A stretch of 62,281 nucleotides of DNA, filler included, from Collodictyon triciliatum (Eukaryota): the NCBI GenBank assembly GCA_043381765.1. It is 9 parts of 9 records of this genome, joined end to end, with 100 filler letters (N's around TTAATTAATTAA, not from the genome) between each part and the next. Parts side by side here need not be neighbours in the genome. Positions count along the whole stretch, not along the records: positions 1 to 7,332 come from JBHJMP010003949.1; positions 7,433 to 14,759 come from JBHJMP010003950.1; 7 more parts are not named here. One strand, 5' to 3'. Of this stretch, positions 1 to 12,996 are shown in pieces. The notes under the pieces were generated by a model. That model did not search any database, had not been told where the DNA came from, and worked only from the letters and a program-made list of their open reading frames with translations. Positions within the stretch are counted from its first letter, which is position 1, and each line of letters begins with the position of its first letter. The position numbers and the translations under genes were made by a program.

Positions 1-329
1 CAAGAAAACAAGAAAACAAGAAAACAAGAAAACAAGAAAACAAGAAAACAAGAAAACAAGAAAACAAGAAAACAAGAAAACAAGAAAACAAGAAAAAAAG
101 AAAACAAGAAAACAAGAAAACAAGAGAAAAAGAAAACAAGAAAACAAGAAAACAAGAAAACAGGAAAAAAAGAAAAAAAGAAAAAAAGAAAAAAGAAAGA
201 GAAAAACAAGAAATGAAAAATAGAAACCAGAAAACAAGAAAACAAGAAACCAGAAAACAAGAAAACAAGAAAACAAGAAAAAATGAAAAAAGAGGAAATG
301 AAAATGAGAGAAATGAAAAATAGAAGAAA
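1..329. repeat. (CAAGAAAA)n-type microsatellite inside an INTS6 intron
   Basis: Tandem 8-mer, degenerating rightwards. On the minus strand it follows the donor GGACAG|GTTT at 331/330. Confidence 0.9.
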
Positions 330-330
330 C

Positions 331-3300
331 CTGTCCCTTATCTCGTGCGTAAGGGTTACCAAATCCGGGACGCATGGCTGATATGTATTCATCTGGCTCC
401 ATCGTGGCATCTCTCAAATACTATCAAAGTTAAATAATACTTTCCATTGAGGAAACCGTAAAAAGCTTCATCTATTCAATAACTAATAATGTTCCTTTAA
501 AGCCTTTCATAGGATGATAATCATATGAATAATGAATACGATTTGAATGATAATTTACAGATTGTTTTTTCATCTTTTCTTCGTAACGGCCCATTTCACT
601 GATAGGAACAGAGAACCGGTTATCGCCTTTTGAGTATAAATTTATTTTTATTAGTGGGCATTATCAGCCGGAAATTATAACAGCATATTTGGTTTTGTGT
701 AATGCGGTACCATCATCTCTTTTCTCGATTCCACTCATTACTCGCCTCATAAGAGATATCTGCTGGAGGAGCTCAGCTCGGGGAATCTCATACGGATCTT
801 TGTAAAGGCGTTGACTAAATGAACCCTGCCAAAAATAGTCACGAGAAAGCCAAAAATTGCATTCAATAAGCTTCGACTCAAAAAAATCGTATTGTGTTTA
901 CTGTGATAAAGTGGTTTGAGAATACTGTTTGGAGTCGAGGTTTGCTATCGTCTCCAGAAGAATCTAATTTTGTAAACATTTTAGACACGAACTTGGGCAT
1001 CTGAAATAGTGTAAAAAGAGTGTAAAAAAGTGTAAAAAAGTGTAAAAAAGTGTAAAAAAAGTGTGTAAACAGAAAGAAAAGAAAATATCCATATTTAAAT
1101 TTCGAATATGTTCAGATAATTGGTACCTTCCAATTTTCCTCTGAATTTGTAATTCGTTATTTAATTAATATGTTAGTGGCTTATGAATGAAATAATGGGA
1201 TTATAAGCGCCAAATGATTGGGCAAAGAATTATAAAAAAAATTGGTATGCATTACATTTTCAGAAATGACCGGAATCCGTTTTCAGCCGTTATGAATTGC
1301 GAAGGCTATTAGTTTTTTTAAAAAAATAAAGTAATTGACACATACAACTACTGTTTTTTTTTTCGCTTTATTAATTAAAAAAACAAGCACAGTTTAAAAT
1401 CAATACTTGCAAAATTCATCCCAGACAAAATACTACGCATGAATAACCGGTACAAATGTATTACTATTGGAGGAGGCTTTGGAGTGGTTTGCATGTCGTG
1501 CAGTGATGATTGATGCTGAATTTTCTTCAAATGGGTTTGCCACGGTCCACTGAAGTCGACTACGCGAAGTTGCATGGGGCAGCCAAGTTTTCGAAAGACT
1601 GGATTTTTATTTATTTTATTTGTCACTTTTTTTTTTCCAAAAAACAACACGTCTACATTTTTAGGTCTTCATGTGTAAATTTTGTGGGATTATTAAATTC
1701 TTGTGGCAAAACTTTCATTTAAGGAAAAATATGAGATGGAATTTGATACATACGATTCTGAAGATAGTGAAAATAGTACGGAGGGCAGAACGCTTGATAT
1801 TTTTCAATTTCGATGCGGAATTCTTCAGGCGGTGTTTTTTTCAGATAGCTCCCAAATTTTTCTGACCCGATACAACCACATATTTGATATGTTTTATATG
1901 TAAGGAAAAGTCCAATCATATATTTTTCTATATTTGTTGGTGTAACAAGATTAAGTTAGGTAGGGAAATACCTAAAATCGCTAGAAGTCGAGTATAATTA
2001 TAAGGGAGAACGTGTAGCACTGCATTTGTTCTCTTTGCATTCATTCGGATATACCCAAATGATCGATCTATCATGTCTCTGTGGGGAATTTGAAGGGGCG
2101 CAAAAACCTAAACGTTTTATCAAGTTTTTTTTTATACAAGACCTATTTTGAGTGTGAAAATTAGCTGTGAATCACAAATTACATGGACTACCCACCTGCC
2201 AGCACTGGTCATCTTCACTATTTTTCAAAGCGCAAAGAATGCAAGGGTGGTCTAAAGTTTGATAGTATTTTAATCTTTTTTGTTTTTTTGAAGAAAGGAG
2301 TGTACCTATCAAAAATCTAAACTCCAATCATAATCGTATGATGCACGTTAAGTTTAGGAATATTTCATACTTGTGTCGTGCGACGTTGGACACGCCTCGA
2401 TTTCGTATCGGTCACACGCAAGCATTTCGATGTTATGAAGAGGAGGTTTCCCATCGGGGAGGACTTTTATGGATGGTTGAGATGCTCGCCTTGGCTTGGA
2501 TATAATTTAATTTAAGAATGGTTCGTCATCGTTTAACATGGAAAGTTACATCGATTCAACTGAGTCAAATGCGTTATGCATCCCAAAATATAATGTGGTG
2601 AATGTCTGTTGACACTATTCATTGATTTTAATTTTCATAAAGAATGAAAATTTTATTTCCTTGGAATATCATACGAGAATATTGAATGTGCGATCCGGTA
2701 CGAACGTTTCTGGGATTGGCCAGTGGTATGCTTGCGGTGGAACCGCCATTATTCTGTGCATGCAGCTGAAAATTGAAAAAAAAATGAAAAATGCTTCCAA
2801 TATAGAAAATGGCCTGTTGAAAAGAAAATAAAATCGCCAAAAATCGAAACTATTGTATAAGTTGTGCCTCTTTTTTTTGTAAAACCTTCTATCTGTCGGA
2901 GATTTAACATTTGGTGCAGAATGTATTTCGAAGTTGACAACGACACTGGGGTTCATGCTCTTCGCCAAACGGTCTACACAAATCCCGATTTCTCGAATAG
3001 CATCTTTATATGGTTCTTTGCCTGCCTCCTTACCAAGACCAACAACCTGGCACCATCCTTAAATGCATTTTTATATGAATTTCAGAGTGAACTTGGTCTA
3101 TCCATCGGAAATAAGATTAAAAAAAGGGTTAAATTTTCATCGATAGATTTGAGAAGTGAGTCCATTTCCGGAGATATTTAAGAAAAGCAAGCGTTCTATA
3201 AGGAAAAAGAGACATTCGTCGTTCGAACATATTGGTTATACAAGAAAGAAACCTCCAGTTTTTTCACATAACGCGGATAGGAAGGAAGCCTGGGCCTGTT

Positions 3301-4500
3301 GCATGTATATAAAAGGTTGTTCATTTTCCCCTTCGATTTCCCAGCAAGATAGTATTTGTGGACGCATGACATAGTCTTTATATAGTGACAAATACAGGTA
3401 TTTCGTAGTCTCGTGGGCTGGTGATATTGTGCTTGAGTATTATTCCGATGACTTTTTGGTCCCACCGAAATCCTTCATCATAGGCTGCAGAATCTGGGAG
3501 CATGGAGCGAATTATAGCCGTCTAAAATATCAGGTCGGATTTCATAAATGTACATTTCGAATAGAATGGTGAAAATCGAATGATATGCGGTGTGAGATGA
3601 AGGTTTCACTCATAGTGAAATAAAATCCGTCTTGTTTGGTGCCAATAATAATAATAATAATAATAAAAATAAAAATCAAAATCAAAATCAAAATGAAGAT
3701 GAAAATAGAAATAATATTAGGCTATTTTATATGCTAGTGATTCAAATAAAAAATCGTCCTAATGCATTACACGGTCTTGTGGATTTACTAACGAAGCGAT
3801 ATCACCACCATCTGTTATCACAATAACGTAGCTTGGCTCCAAACGATTTGGGCATCGACCCTTGAATGATTGGATTAATTTTCAGGCATGTGTTTTCTTT
3901 TTATATTTGATTTATTAATATGTGTAAAAATCATGAATTCTCGCTTTCTGTAATACGATATGCAATCTGCTTCAATTTCTTCAATAGAAAAATGAAATAT
4001 TGCATACATAGCCAAATGTTTCGATGTCTGAAAAGACTATTTTGATTCAGCAAGTCTAGAGCAACGGTGACGGCTTTTCTTACATTCGACATGTGGCTTC
4101 AAGTAAAAGAGAGTATATATTTTTTATGAGAAAATAACTTAATAAATTATATATGACATGTAGAGATAAATTAATCGATTAATATGTGGCAAGCGATGTA
4201 TGCTTTGTGAAAAAAAAGGTATACCATGCTGTTAAATTAGCAAGTGTGGACAAAAAATTCCCGAGTTATCTTTGAACTTCACAAATAGATGAATTCATAA
4301 TTTTAAGTTGCTCATTTATTGTAAACTATCAAGCCAGTTTCATAACAAAAAGATAAATAGTATATATTGTTAAAGACTCATATAATCGTGCTTCATTAAT
4401 CAAAAGCGAAAAGCGAAAAAAACCAGAAATTCAAATGATTCATGATCGAAGAAAAGAAAGAAAACCTTAACTGCCCCGGTCCGTCTCAAAGGCAACCAGA
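331..4500 (-). CDS. INTS6: Integrator complex subunit 6 homologue, multi-exon, both ends unresolved
   Basis: Hand-spliced minus-strand exons follow INTS6 motifs in order: ALDLLNQN (~4050), GRCPNRLEPSYVIVITDGG (3768-3862), EGFRWDQK (~3460), LCEKTGG (~3260), SVVVNFE and HWPIPETFVPD (2690-2960), DRYEIE (~2400), FGYIR..LHVLPYNY (~2000-2060), CPPYY (~1780), YEIPRAELL (~780), SVPISEMGRYEE (~600), GFGNPY (~355). The 5' exons contain apparent indels. Confidence 0.88.
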
Positions 4501-5031
4501 AAACATTAATGTAGAAAAATAGACATAATGGAGTTAATTACTGATATTACCAATTAATTAACGACCCCAGACAGAAAATATAGAAATGAAAAATGAAAAA
4601 TGAAAAATGAAATACGAGGATACAAAATTGGGTCAATGCGAAAGATGGAAAAGTAAAGAACTGTGAGTATCAGGTCACCAAGTGAATATTTATTGCATAT
4701 TAATAGGTATATCTATATCCCATTAGAAACCAAAATGATTAAAGCTGCATTAAAAATAGAAATAAATATATATTCCACATCAGAAGTTTTCTCAGAATAC
4801 TATTTTATTCATGCCATATAAGTATCAGGCCAAGGTATATATCCCAACAGACAAACATCCACTCCGCCTGATGACATATTTAACGGCAACAAATGAACTC
4901 ATAGAAAACATGAACAAAAGAAAACAACCTTAAAAAAACTAAAAAAACAAGAAAAGAAAAATATGTTAATTCTTTCATCACTGTAGTTACACACACATTT
5001 ATTTAGCCCGCACTTTGTGGCAGATTCGACC

Positions 5032-6479
5032 ATGTGCGAGCGAGTAACACGCTCAAAAGTGCACAACTCGGCAGCCGATCATGAGGAAGGCACGTCGTAC
5101 ATGCATTCAGTCTCGCAGCCACTGATTTACCGAAGTTGGGGCCGGTTGGAGAGCTTCCCACCAGAAGTCTTGCGAATGGACTATTTGGAGAAGTTGGTAG
5201 TCGCAAACAGTCGAATTTCCCATTTGCCTGCTGACATATCGGTGCTGACCGAGCTCTCACATTTGGACGTCTCGAACAATCTTTTGCTTTCCATCCCAGC
5301 AAAGATTTCAAGATTGAAGAGACTCAAGTTTATGGACCTGTCTAGTAACAGGCTCAGCAAACTGGTTTCTGCGATATCAGCCTTGACAGGATTGATTCAT
5401 ATGGACCTCTCGTGTAATAACCTATCTTCGTTGCCTGTCGCCATGGGAAGACTGTCAAGGCTGGCATATTTAGACTTATCTAACAATTACAAAAAGGATC
5501 GTTCCAGAGTATATGTCAGCTACAAATCCATGGTAAAACAAGGGGCTGAGAAGAATAGGTTTTCATCCATTGCCTCAGTGATATGCGAGTTGAAAAGCCT
5601 CCAACACCTGGACTTGGCATGTAATGCCGTATCTTTGGTGCCTCAACACATATCTGCACTAACCGCTATAAGTTTCCTCTGTTTATCAAGCAATGCTGTG
5701 TCTCAACTACCTCACCATATTTCGGCGCTTAAGAGTCTGAAAATTCTCAAGATAGACCGCAATTGCATATCTATTTTGCCTAGTGAAATATCAGTGCTGA
5801 ATCGAATGACGAACTTGGATATTTCTGGGAATGGATTATCCCTTCTACCAAAAGGAATACACGCGCTATCAAACCTGGTTCAAATGAGTATGGACTTTTG
5901 CCCTGTAAGTAGATTACTCTCAAAAATACTCATTATATTATTGTATTGAACATGGGGCGTATCAAATCATAATTTTATGACGGTTCAAATCAATTTAGGT
6001 CATCCCTCAAGGTATGCCACTCGTAACAAATCTGAATATTTTCATTAACCAGTATTCAAGACACTATCAAATAAGGCTACCAGAAACATTACAAGACCTC
6101 AAGGATATCAAAATTCATGGAGATAGATCTATTCTTCCCTTCCTTGATTACTACCAGTGTATAAGAGCTTTTGAAGAACTGAGCTCTGTAGTAAAAATTG
6201 CAGATTCTATGAAGGAATTTAAATCGGTGGACTTATCGTACAACAAAGTAATATCCTTTAGGAGTAATGGTTAAAAGATGAACATGCTGTTTAGTTATCA
6301 TCTCACGATACATCTTTTAAATTGTTTTCAATAGTTAACTTTCTTGCCAGATTCCTTTAAGCTGTTGACAAAGTTGGTCAAGCTTTGCTTATCAAACAAT
6401 CAGGTTCATTCATACACAATGAAAAAGGAGTGGTACATCATACTATAAACTTTTCTACAAAGACCTTAATCTCTAAAGA

Positions 6480-6541
<62 letters not shown>

Positions 6542-6784
6542 AGTTCAAGAAAATTCCCATGTGCCTGTTTCACGTGCCTAGTATCGAAATACTAGATGTT
6601 TCTGAAAATCAGATTATTACGGTTTTTTTAAAATCTTATTCTTTAATGCTATAAACACCATCGGATTTTTTCTCCCAATTTCCTTTGATGTCTACGAGAT
6701 TAGATGTTTCAGCTTTGGTTCAATAGCCAAGACCATCATTATTGATTTCACAACTACTTTGGCATCCAAAAATGCCCATAGATG
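5032..6784 (+). CDS. Leucine-rich repeat protein, multi-exon, 3' end uncertain
   Basis: Repeated LxxLDLSxNxLxxLP units. Exons approx. 5032-5904, 5999-6248, 6335-6403, 6544-6621, with GT-AG introns that keep the LRR frame. Confidence 0.85.
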
Positions 6785-7247
6785 AACCCCGTTGCGTCAG
6801 ATGAACCACAAAAAGATGTCACACCCGTGAGCAGTTCGAAGAGGCATACAAGCCGATTGAAAAGAAAAAGTATAGCTTAACGACAGGTTGCAGTATATCT
6901 TGGTGGAATCCAGACAAGAAGTGCCAAGAAAAAAGTGGTTTGGCTCGAGAGCACCACGTTACAGAATAAACAACAAGCAAATGTCACCTGGCATTTGGAA
7001 CGCAACCATAATATTTCGTTAAAAAAAAAATACAAATATTGATGAAAGATGAAGTGAATTGTGAAAACGCGTATATCATTGTTACTGTTGTTATTTAAAT
7101 GAATAACGCCCGGCACTCGACTCTCCCAAACAGCTTTGCGAAGATTAAAAAAAAAAAAAAAAAAAAGTGCAAGGTGCGTCCAACAGATTCCCTATTCAGA
7201 AAATGAGAGCATTGTAATTTTTTTTTAAAATACCTGTTTGTTTTTTT

Positions 7248-7317
<70 letters not shown>

Positions 7318-7332
7318 TTTTTTTCTTTTTTT

Positions 7333-7432
7333 NNNNNNNNNNNNNNNNNNNNNNNNNNNNNNNNNNNNNNNNNNNNTTAATTAATTAANNNNNNNNNNNN
7401 NNNNNNNNNNNNNNNNNNNNNNNNNNNNNNNN
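7333..7432. other. Artificial contig spacer
   Basis: N44-TTAATTAATTAA-N44, which gives stops in all six frames. Confidence 0.98.
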
Positions 7433-7727
7433 TAAAAAGAAAACAAAAAGAAAACAAAAAGAAAACAAAAAGAAAACAAAAAGAAAACAAAAAGAAAATA
7501 AAAAGAAAATAAAAAGAAAATAAAAAGAAAACAAAAAGAAAACAAAAAGAAAACAAAAAGAAAACAAAAAGAAAACAAAAAGAAAACAAAAAGAAAACAA
7601 AAAGAAAACAACAAGATAACAAAAAGAAAACAAAAGAATACTCTCACCTGGATATTCTAACCAAACATAGGAACAATTGGTTTTTATGTATTTATTTTAT
7701 TGTTTATCTATTTACCTGCAAACGTAG

Positions 7728-10700
7728 AACACCGCACTCATGGACAGAGCAAGTTTCGAAAAGTACGTTAGGATGGTCTTCCTTGTCGAAACAAAACTTA
7801 CAGAGGAGTTTGGAGAGGGACTAACCCCGGATCTGGGAAAGCCTGGGTGGAAGTTACCTAATTCGAAAACTCACCTCACAAGTTTGCTCCAGGGAGTCTG
7901 GGAGATCCGCCTTTCCTTGACAGCTTGGGCAAAAGAGACTCAACGACAACATGTGCCCACGGTATGACGCTTATTCTTACTCCAAAGTCTTCCTAATAGT
8001 CCTGTATAGAACCATATCACATCGGGCAACCCATAATTCGTCTCCTCCTCTATACGCTTTTTACTCGCAAAGGTATCCATGAAAAAGTACCTAAGCTCTT
8101 CTTATGCTCTATTCCTCCTTATATCATCTATGCCGGTTTTTTTAAGTTGAAATATTATTCACCATTTACCGCGAGAATATCAGCGTCATTATCTTTTTCT
8201 AGATTACTTTTTATGATTTCTTTCGACTATTAGAAGCTAACACAAAAAAACCAAAATAAATAAATAAATAAAAAACAAAAAAAAACCGAAAGATTAATGT
8301 TGCCTGTAGTTATTTATAAAATCTATGCAGGAAGCACGGGAAGAGTTCATAACCAGGACCGAGAATTTGATAGAAAGGCTCATGGTTGACAATGATTTAT
8401 TTAAGAATTCTCAATAAAAACGAAAAGCTTGATATTTTCGAATTTTCAATTTATCGTTTACAATTTCTTATTCGCCAGATTTTTAAAAGTTTTTCTGAGT
8501 CGTTTGACTCAGCTAAAGGATCTTCGTCTGAGGTTTTTTTTTTTGTTAAATGAATAACATTGTCAAAATTCTTGAAATTGGGGTAAAAACCAATTATTAT
8601 TCATGTCGCAAATAATTCTTGACCAAAAATTGAAACTTTTCCATACCCTACGGAATATCATTTCCTTTTAAAAATCATGATAAAAATTCGAACCTCTTTG
8701 TAGCAAAAAGATTTTGGCCAATTAATTCTTACTATCAAAACGGTACCATTTTCAATCCCATTCCAACATCTGCTCCTTAATAAATACACAAGACATTCCT
8801 TGTATTTTGTGTCCTTTTGAATAAGATAACATACTAGATTGAAGGCCAACAAATCCGATTTAAAGTTGCCAGCAATGATGTTACCGTCAAAGATGTAATG
8901 CAATCGATAGAAGGATTGGGAATCCCATATCATATGCAAACTCTAGTCTTCAAAGGCATGAGTTTAAAGCCCAATTCGACCTTAAAGGATAATGGAGTAA
9001 ATGTATGAGTAAGATACTTGCAAACTTTCCAAACTTACTACCAATAATTTTTTTTACTGAGCCGTGCCCTCCTCATGTCATTGTCACCTCTATCAGGAGG
9101 ATAGCATACTTCTGCTAGTTATTGAAAAGAGAAACCCACGAAATTCTGCGGACCCACTAACAAGAGAAAAAGGAGGAATGGTGATCAATGTAGAAAGTAA
9201 AGTGTTTCTGTGCTCTAACGTCGATATCACGATACGTGAATCGTACTTAAAAATGTATAATTCATGAATAAAACTCATGACGCGTTCCAATAGAATTTAC
9301 TGGAATTATTTCAAACAGGTATTTCCGATTTTAAAGAAGTGTTAGAGCAGGCAGGAAGCAAACTAGTGGTTGTGTTCTGGTATTCACCTAGAGTTTGGGA
9401 GTGTGCTCTCTGGCTTGATCCCTATCGCTTATTGGCAGAGTATTATAACAGTTGGTGTTTCGTCAGATTTTGATGTTTTTTTTTTTGGAAAAAAACCTGA
9501 ACATAACCTCTCGTGGTTACAGATACTCTCTTCCTCTTGGTAAACACGGAAAAAAGTGCATCTGCACGTGACTTAACTTCAGAGGCGAATGTCACTAAAA
9601 TTCCACTTGTCAAGGCGTACAGAAACACAGAGTTGATTGAAGTATTGGATGAGCCAATGCCTCTCGAATTAGAAAAGTTTATTGTTCGCCATGGAGGATT
9701 GGTATTCTTTGGATACATCCATCTTAAGAAAAATCATATATTTCAATCATGAATGGCCCACTATGAATTTGCTCACATAATTCGTTTTTACAGTTCATCT
9801 CCCCATCTGCAGAGGCTTCCCACAGGTCAACCTAAAGTTATCTATGTTAAAATTTCTGCAGAGCATAAAATATTCTTATATATACCAGTATATCCGTTTG
9901 AATTGTGTTACTATCGTGTGCGCCAACAAAATATTCGCCCGCAAAAATTATAGTGTGAACATCGATAAGTTTGCCCGTCATATCTCCACCATACAAGAAA
10001 ATACTACTCCCGAAGTTTTCCTGGATGTGATGAAGCTCTTTCAAAAATTCGTGAACAATAGTATGATGCCTATCTTTCGAAATATAGATGACTGTTTCCC
10101 GACTAAAATGTTACCCTTTTTTCTTTCTTAAAAAAACAAATAAAAAACGCGTGCAATTTATAGTTATTGTAAACCCGAACGACATGGAAAAAAGAGAGTT
10201 GAAGGAATCGAATCCAGCTGTTAAAAGGAGATTATTGTAATTGAATTTATCATATCCTATCCTTGAGGAGCAAGAAGTATACCTAATAAACCATGCTTTA
10301 TAGACTAACATTTAATAAAATAACAGGGCACACAAGGGCGGTCTCGAAGCGATGTTAGAACTGGGTTGTTCCAGGGTGAGAAGAGACGGAGAGACATACA
10401 TATGTATGCAAACAATTCCACCACAGCTTCCGAGGTGATTATCTTAATAATTTTCTTAAAAATTGTCGGGAAATATTTCGGTGATTAATTAATCTCCAAA
10501 ACAATAATCACCATCACTATCACCATCACTATCACCATCACCATCACCATCACCATCACCATCACCATCACCATCACTATCACTAAACGAGCTTGATTAA
10601 CTAAGGATAAAGATTATGTTGGACGGTTCGGTGACTCGCATTGAAGGAAAGCCATTTATTACGCCAAATCCAGAGCCATCACGCTCGCTAGGTCCAAGAT

Positions 10701-11283
10701 TTGGTGAAAACTACACCACCGAGGAGCCTGGCTACGACTCAAACTGAGAGAACTGAGCACACCTGGTTACTGTCCTTTCCATAGGCCTTGCTGGTGATGA
10801 CAACTTCGGCATCTGCTGTCATTTCCATCTCCACACCATTCTCTACAAAAGAAAATCCACAAAAAAAAAATAAAATAAAATAACGATAATAAAATGAAAC
10901 GCACGACGCATCTTTCGTCACAAAAGTGGGTAAAACAGTTTCGAAAAATTGCGCTTTTTCGAGTGCAACTTTTACCTCAAGCTCACCCATAAAAATAGTC
11001 AGCGAAATTATGGAATGTGAGATCTGAATAAAAATATGTCGCCTTGCATTAGCTGGGAGAAAGGAAAGACACATATCCACTTTTGAAGGATTACTTCCAA
11101 GGTGGGAAATATAATGTTTCTGATTAATGTTGCATCCACACGTCATAATTAAACATAAAACCAAACATAAAACCAAACATAAAATAAGAAAAAGAAAAAG
11201 AAAAAAGAATGGACTATTGCGCACCCCCCCCCCCCCCCCCCCCCCACCACCCCCCTTNNNNNNNNNNAAAAAAAAAAAAAAAA

Positions 11284-11323
<40 letters not shown>

Positions 11324-11842
11324 ATTTCCGCCCCCCCCCCCCCCCCCCCCAGCCACTTTGTCATTTAATTGGTCATCATAGTTCCAAAAATAATAATAAT
11401 ATCGTATATCCAACTTTTTTTTTTCCATTACATAATCGTGCCTTTTTGTACAGGAGAGCCATCCAAATCGTACAGTTTGTTGAAAGTCTTGAAGCTATCT
11501 CCAGATTCGCTGGAGAGGCTGAAGAAAATTCTCAAGGAACCGGGAATACATGAGCATCTCAAGCCTAGTAGCTCATCACCATCCACCCTAGAACCTGTTC
11601 GTAGCAATTTTACATTTTTATGATGACTTGAAAACTAGAACACGTAAAAAAAAAATAAAAAAAATTAGAGGGAATATTATTTTCGCTGATGCCTGGTGGA
11701 ATCTTCAATTTTACAGGGATCAATCGATGTCCACTCAGCAAACATGATTCTCTACATTATTCTTACACTCCACACTGAAATTCTTGAGGACGAAGATGTT
11801 CGGATGGCTGTGAAAGAATCGCTGGCCTCTGTGGATGAATAA
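7728..11842 (+). CDS. Multi-exon protein with ubiquitin-like, thioredoxin-like and PUB domains and a probable C-terminal UIM; 5' end missing
   Basis: UBL: LILTIKT/IEGQQIRF..GIPYHMQTLVFKGMSLKPNSTLKDNGV (8704-9002). Trx fold: EQAGSKLVVVFWYSP..EC and ANVTKIPLVKAY (9319-9701). PUB: IVNPNDMEKRELKESNPAVKRRLL/AHKGGLEAMLELG (10163-10433). UIM-like: EDEDVRMAVKESL before TAA at 11840-11842. Linkage of the last two exons is uncertain because the 10606 exon also reads to a TGA at ~10747. Confidence 0.7.
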
Positions 11843-12539
11843 AAGTTGAATTCTCCCCCCGTCCTCTTGTTGTGTGGGAAGGTGTTTTTGAAAGCTTTTT
11901 TTAAAAAATAATAATAAAATACTATTATTGATTTTGTTCTTCGCTTGTCCATTACAAACCATCTTTAGCTATCACCTGAAAGAAAAGTAAAAAAAAAAAA
12001 AATAAACAGATGAGAAACCGATAAATCACCCGGGCACGAAATACTGGAAAATCGCGGAGGGAAGGATTCAATCCGAGATTTAGACTGAGCCAGCAACACC
12101 CTTTCCAGAATAAATCCACAAAAAGAATAATTCTTTGAATTTCATCATATATTTTCTACGAATATTCTTCACATTTTAACAATTAAAGATAAATGTTTGT
12201 ACAATCCTCCAGCACAAGGATTCTCAAGCCTCGAGCCAAAACCACCATTCAGAGAACAGAACAGAGGCTATAAATTCTGATCACCCGCCTATAATGCGAT
12301 GAATCCTATTGCACGAAAGACCGCACAGAACGAGGCAGCGGCCATTGAGAAGCGGGCTTGCTGTGATCTTCGTGGCCTCTTTCAACTTCCGCGCGATGAA
12401 AGGGCCAATAAAGAGAGCGATAAAAAGAAAAAAAAGGAAGAATGAGTTAAATATATATATACGTAACAAGTTGGCTCTGATCCTCGCAAAGTCATCCCTA
12501 GCGAGCCTCAACCCCCACTCACTCATTTTCTTGTTCTCG

Positions 12540-12706
12540 ATATTCTCGTTATTCTCATTATCCTCATTATTCTCATTATTCTCATTATTCTCATTATTCT
12601 CATTATTCTCATTATTCTCATTATTCTCATTATTCTCATTATTCTCATTATTCTCATTATTCTCATTATTCTCATTATTCTCACTATTCTCATTATCCTC
12701 ATTATT

Positions 12707-12755
<49 letters not shown>
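12540..12755. repeat. (TTATTCTCA)n followed by (TTA)n microsatellite
   Basis: Direct reading. Confidence 0.95.
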
Positions 12756-12756
<1 letters not shown>

Positions 12757-12996
12757 ATTTCGTGACCCAGATGCTTAAGCTCTTTCCAGAATACGATGCA
12801 GTCGTTCTTCATACGTCCATATTTTTGTATATCGTTTGTTGAGATAAAACTTCTTTTTCATTTTTTTTTCATCTTTTACTTATTTTTATCTCAATATATA
12901 TTCGACCCATATCTAGAGAATCAAGTTTAAGGGAATTCCCAATCCTTAATTTTTTTCTCCCTCATTTTGATTTCCCAGACTCTCGAGGACGCCACA

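Noticed and set aside
4030-4039. A 10-nt GT-AG micro-intron fixing the INTS6 frame
   Set aside because: Shorter than any known spliceosomal intron, removes residues that align, and does not explain the neighbouring indels.
7377-7388. Recurrent TTAATTAATTAA as a biological motif
   Set aside because: Always centred in N44 flanks; it is a six-frame-stop linker.
12309-12842. ORFs made of poly-I/L/Y/N, SLF or FLFV runs here and at 7377-7647, 16286-16897, 45768-46587, 49386-49823, 52049-52311
   Set aside because: Translations of microsatellites in introns or intergenic DNA.
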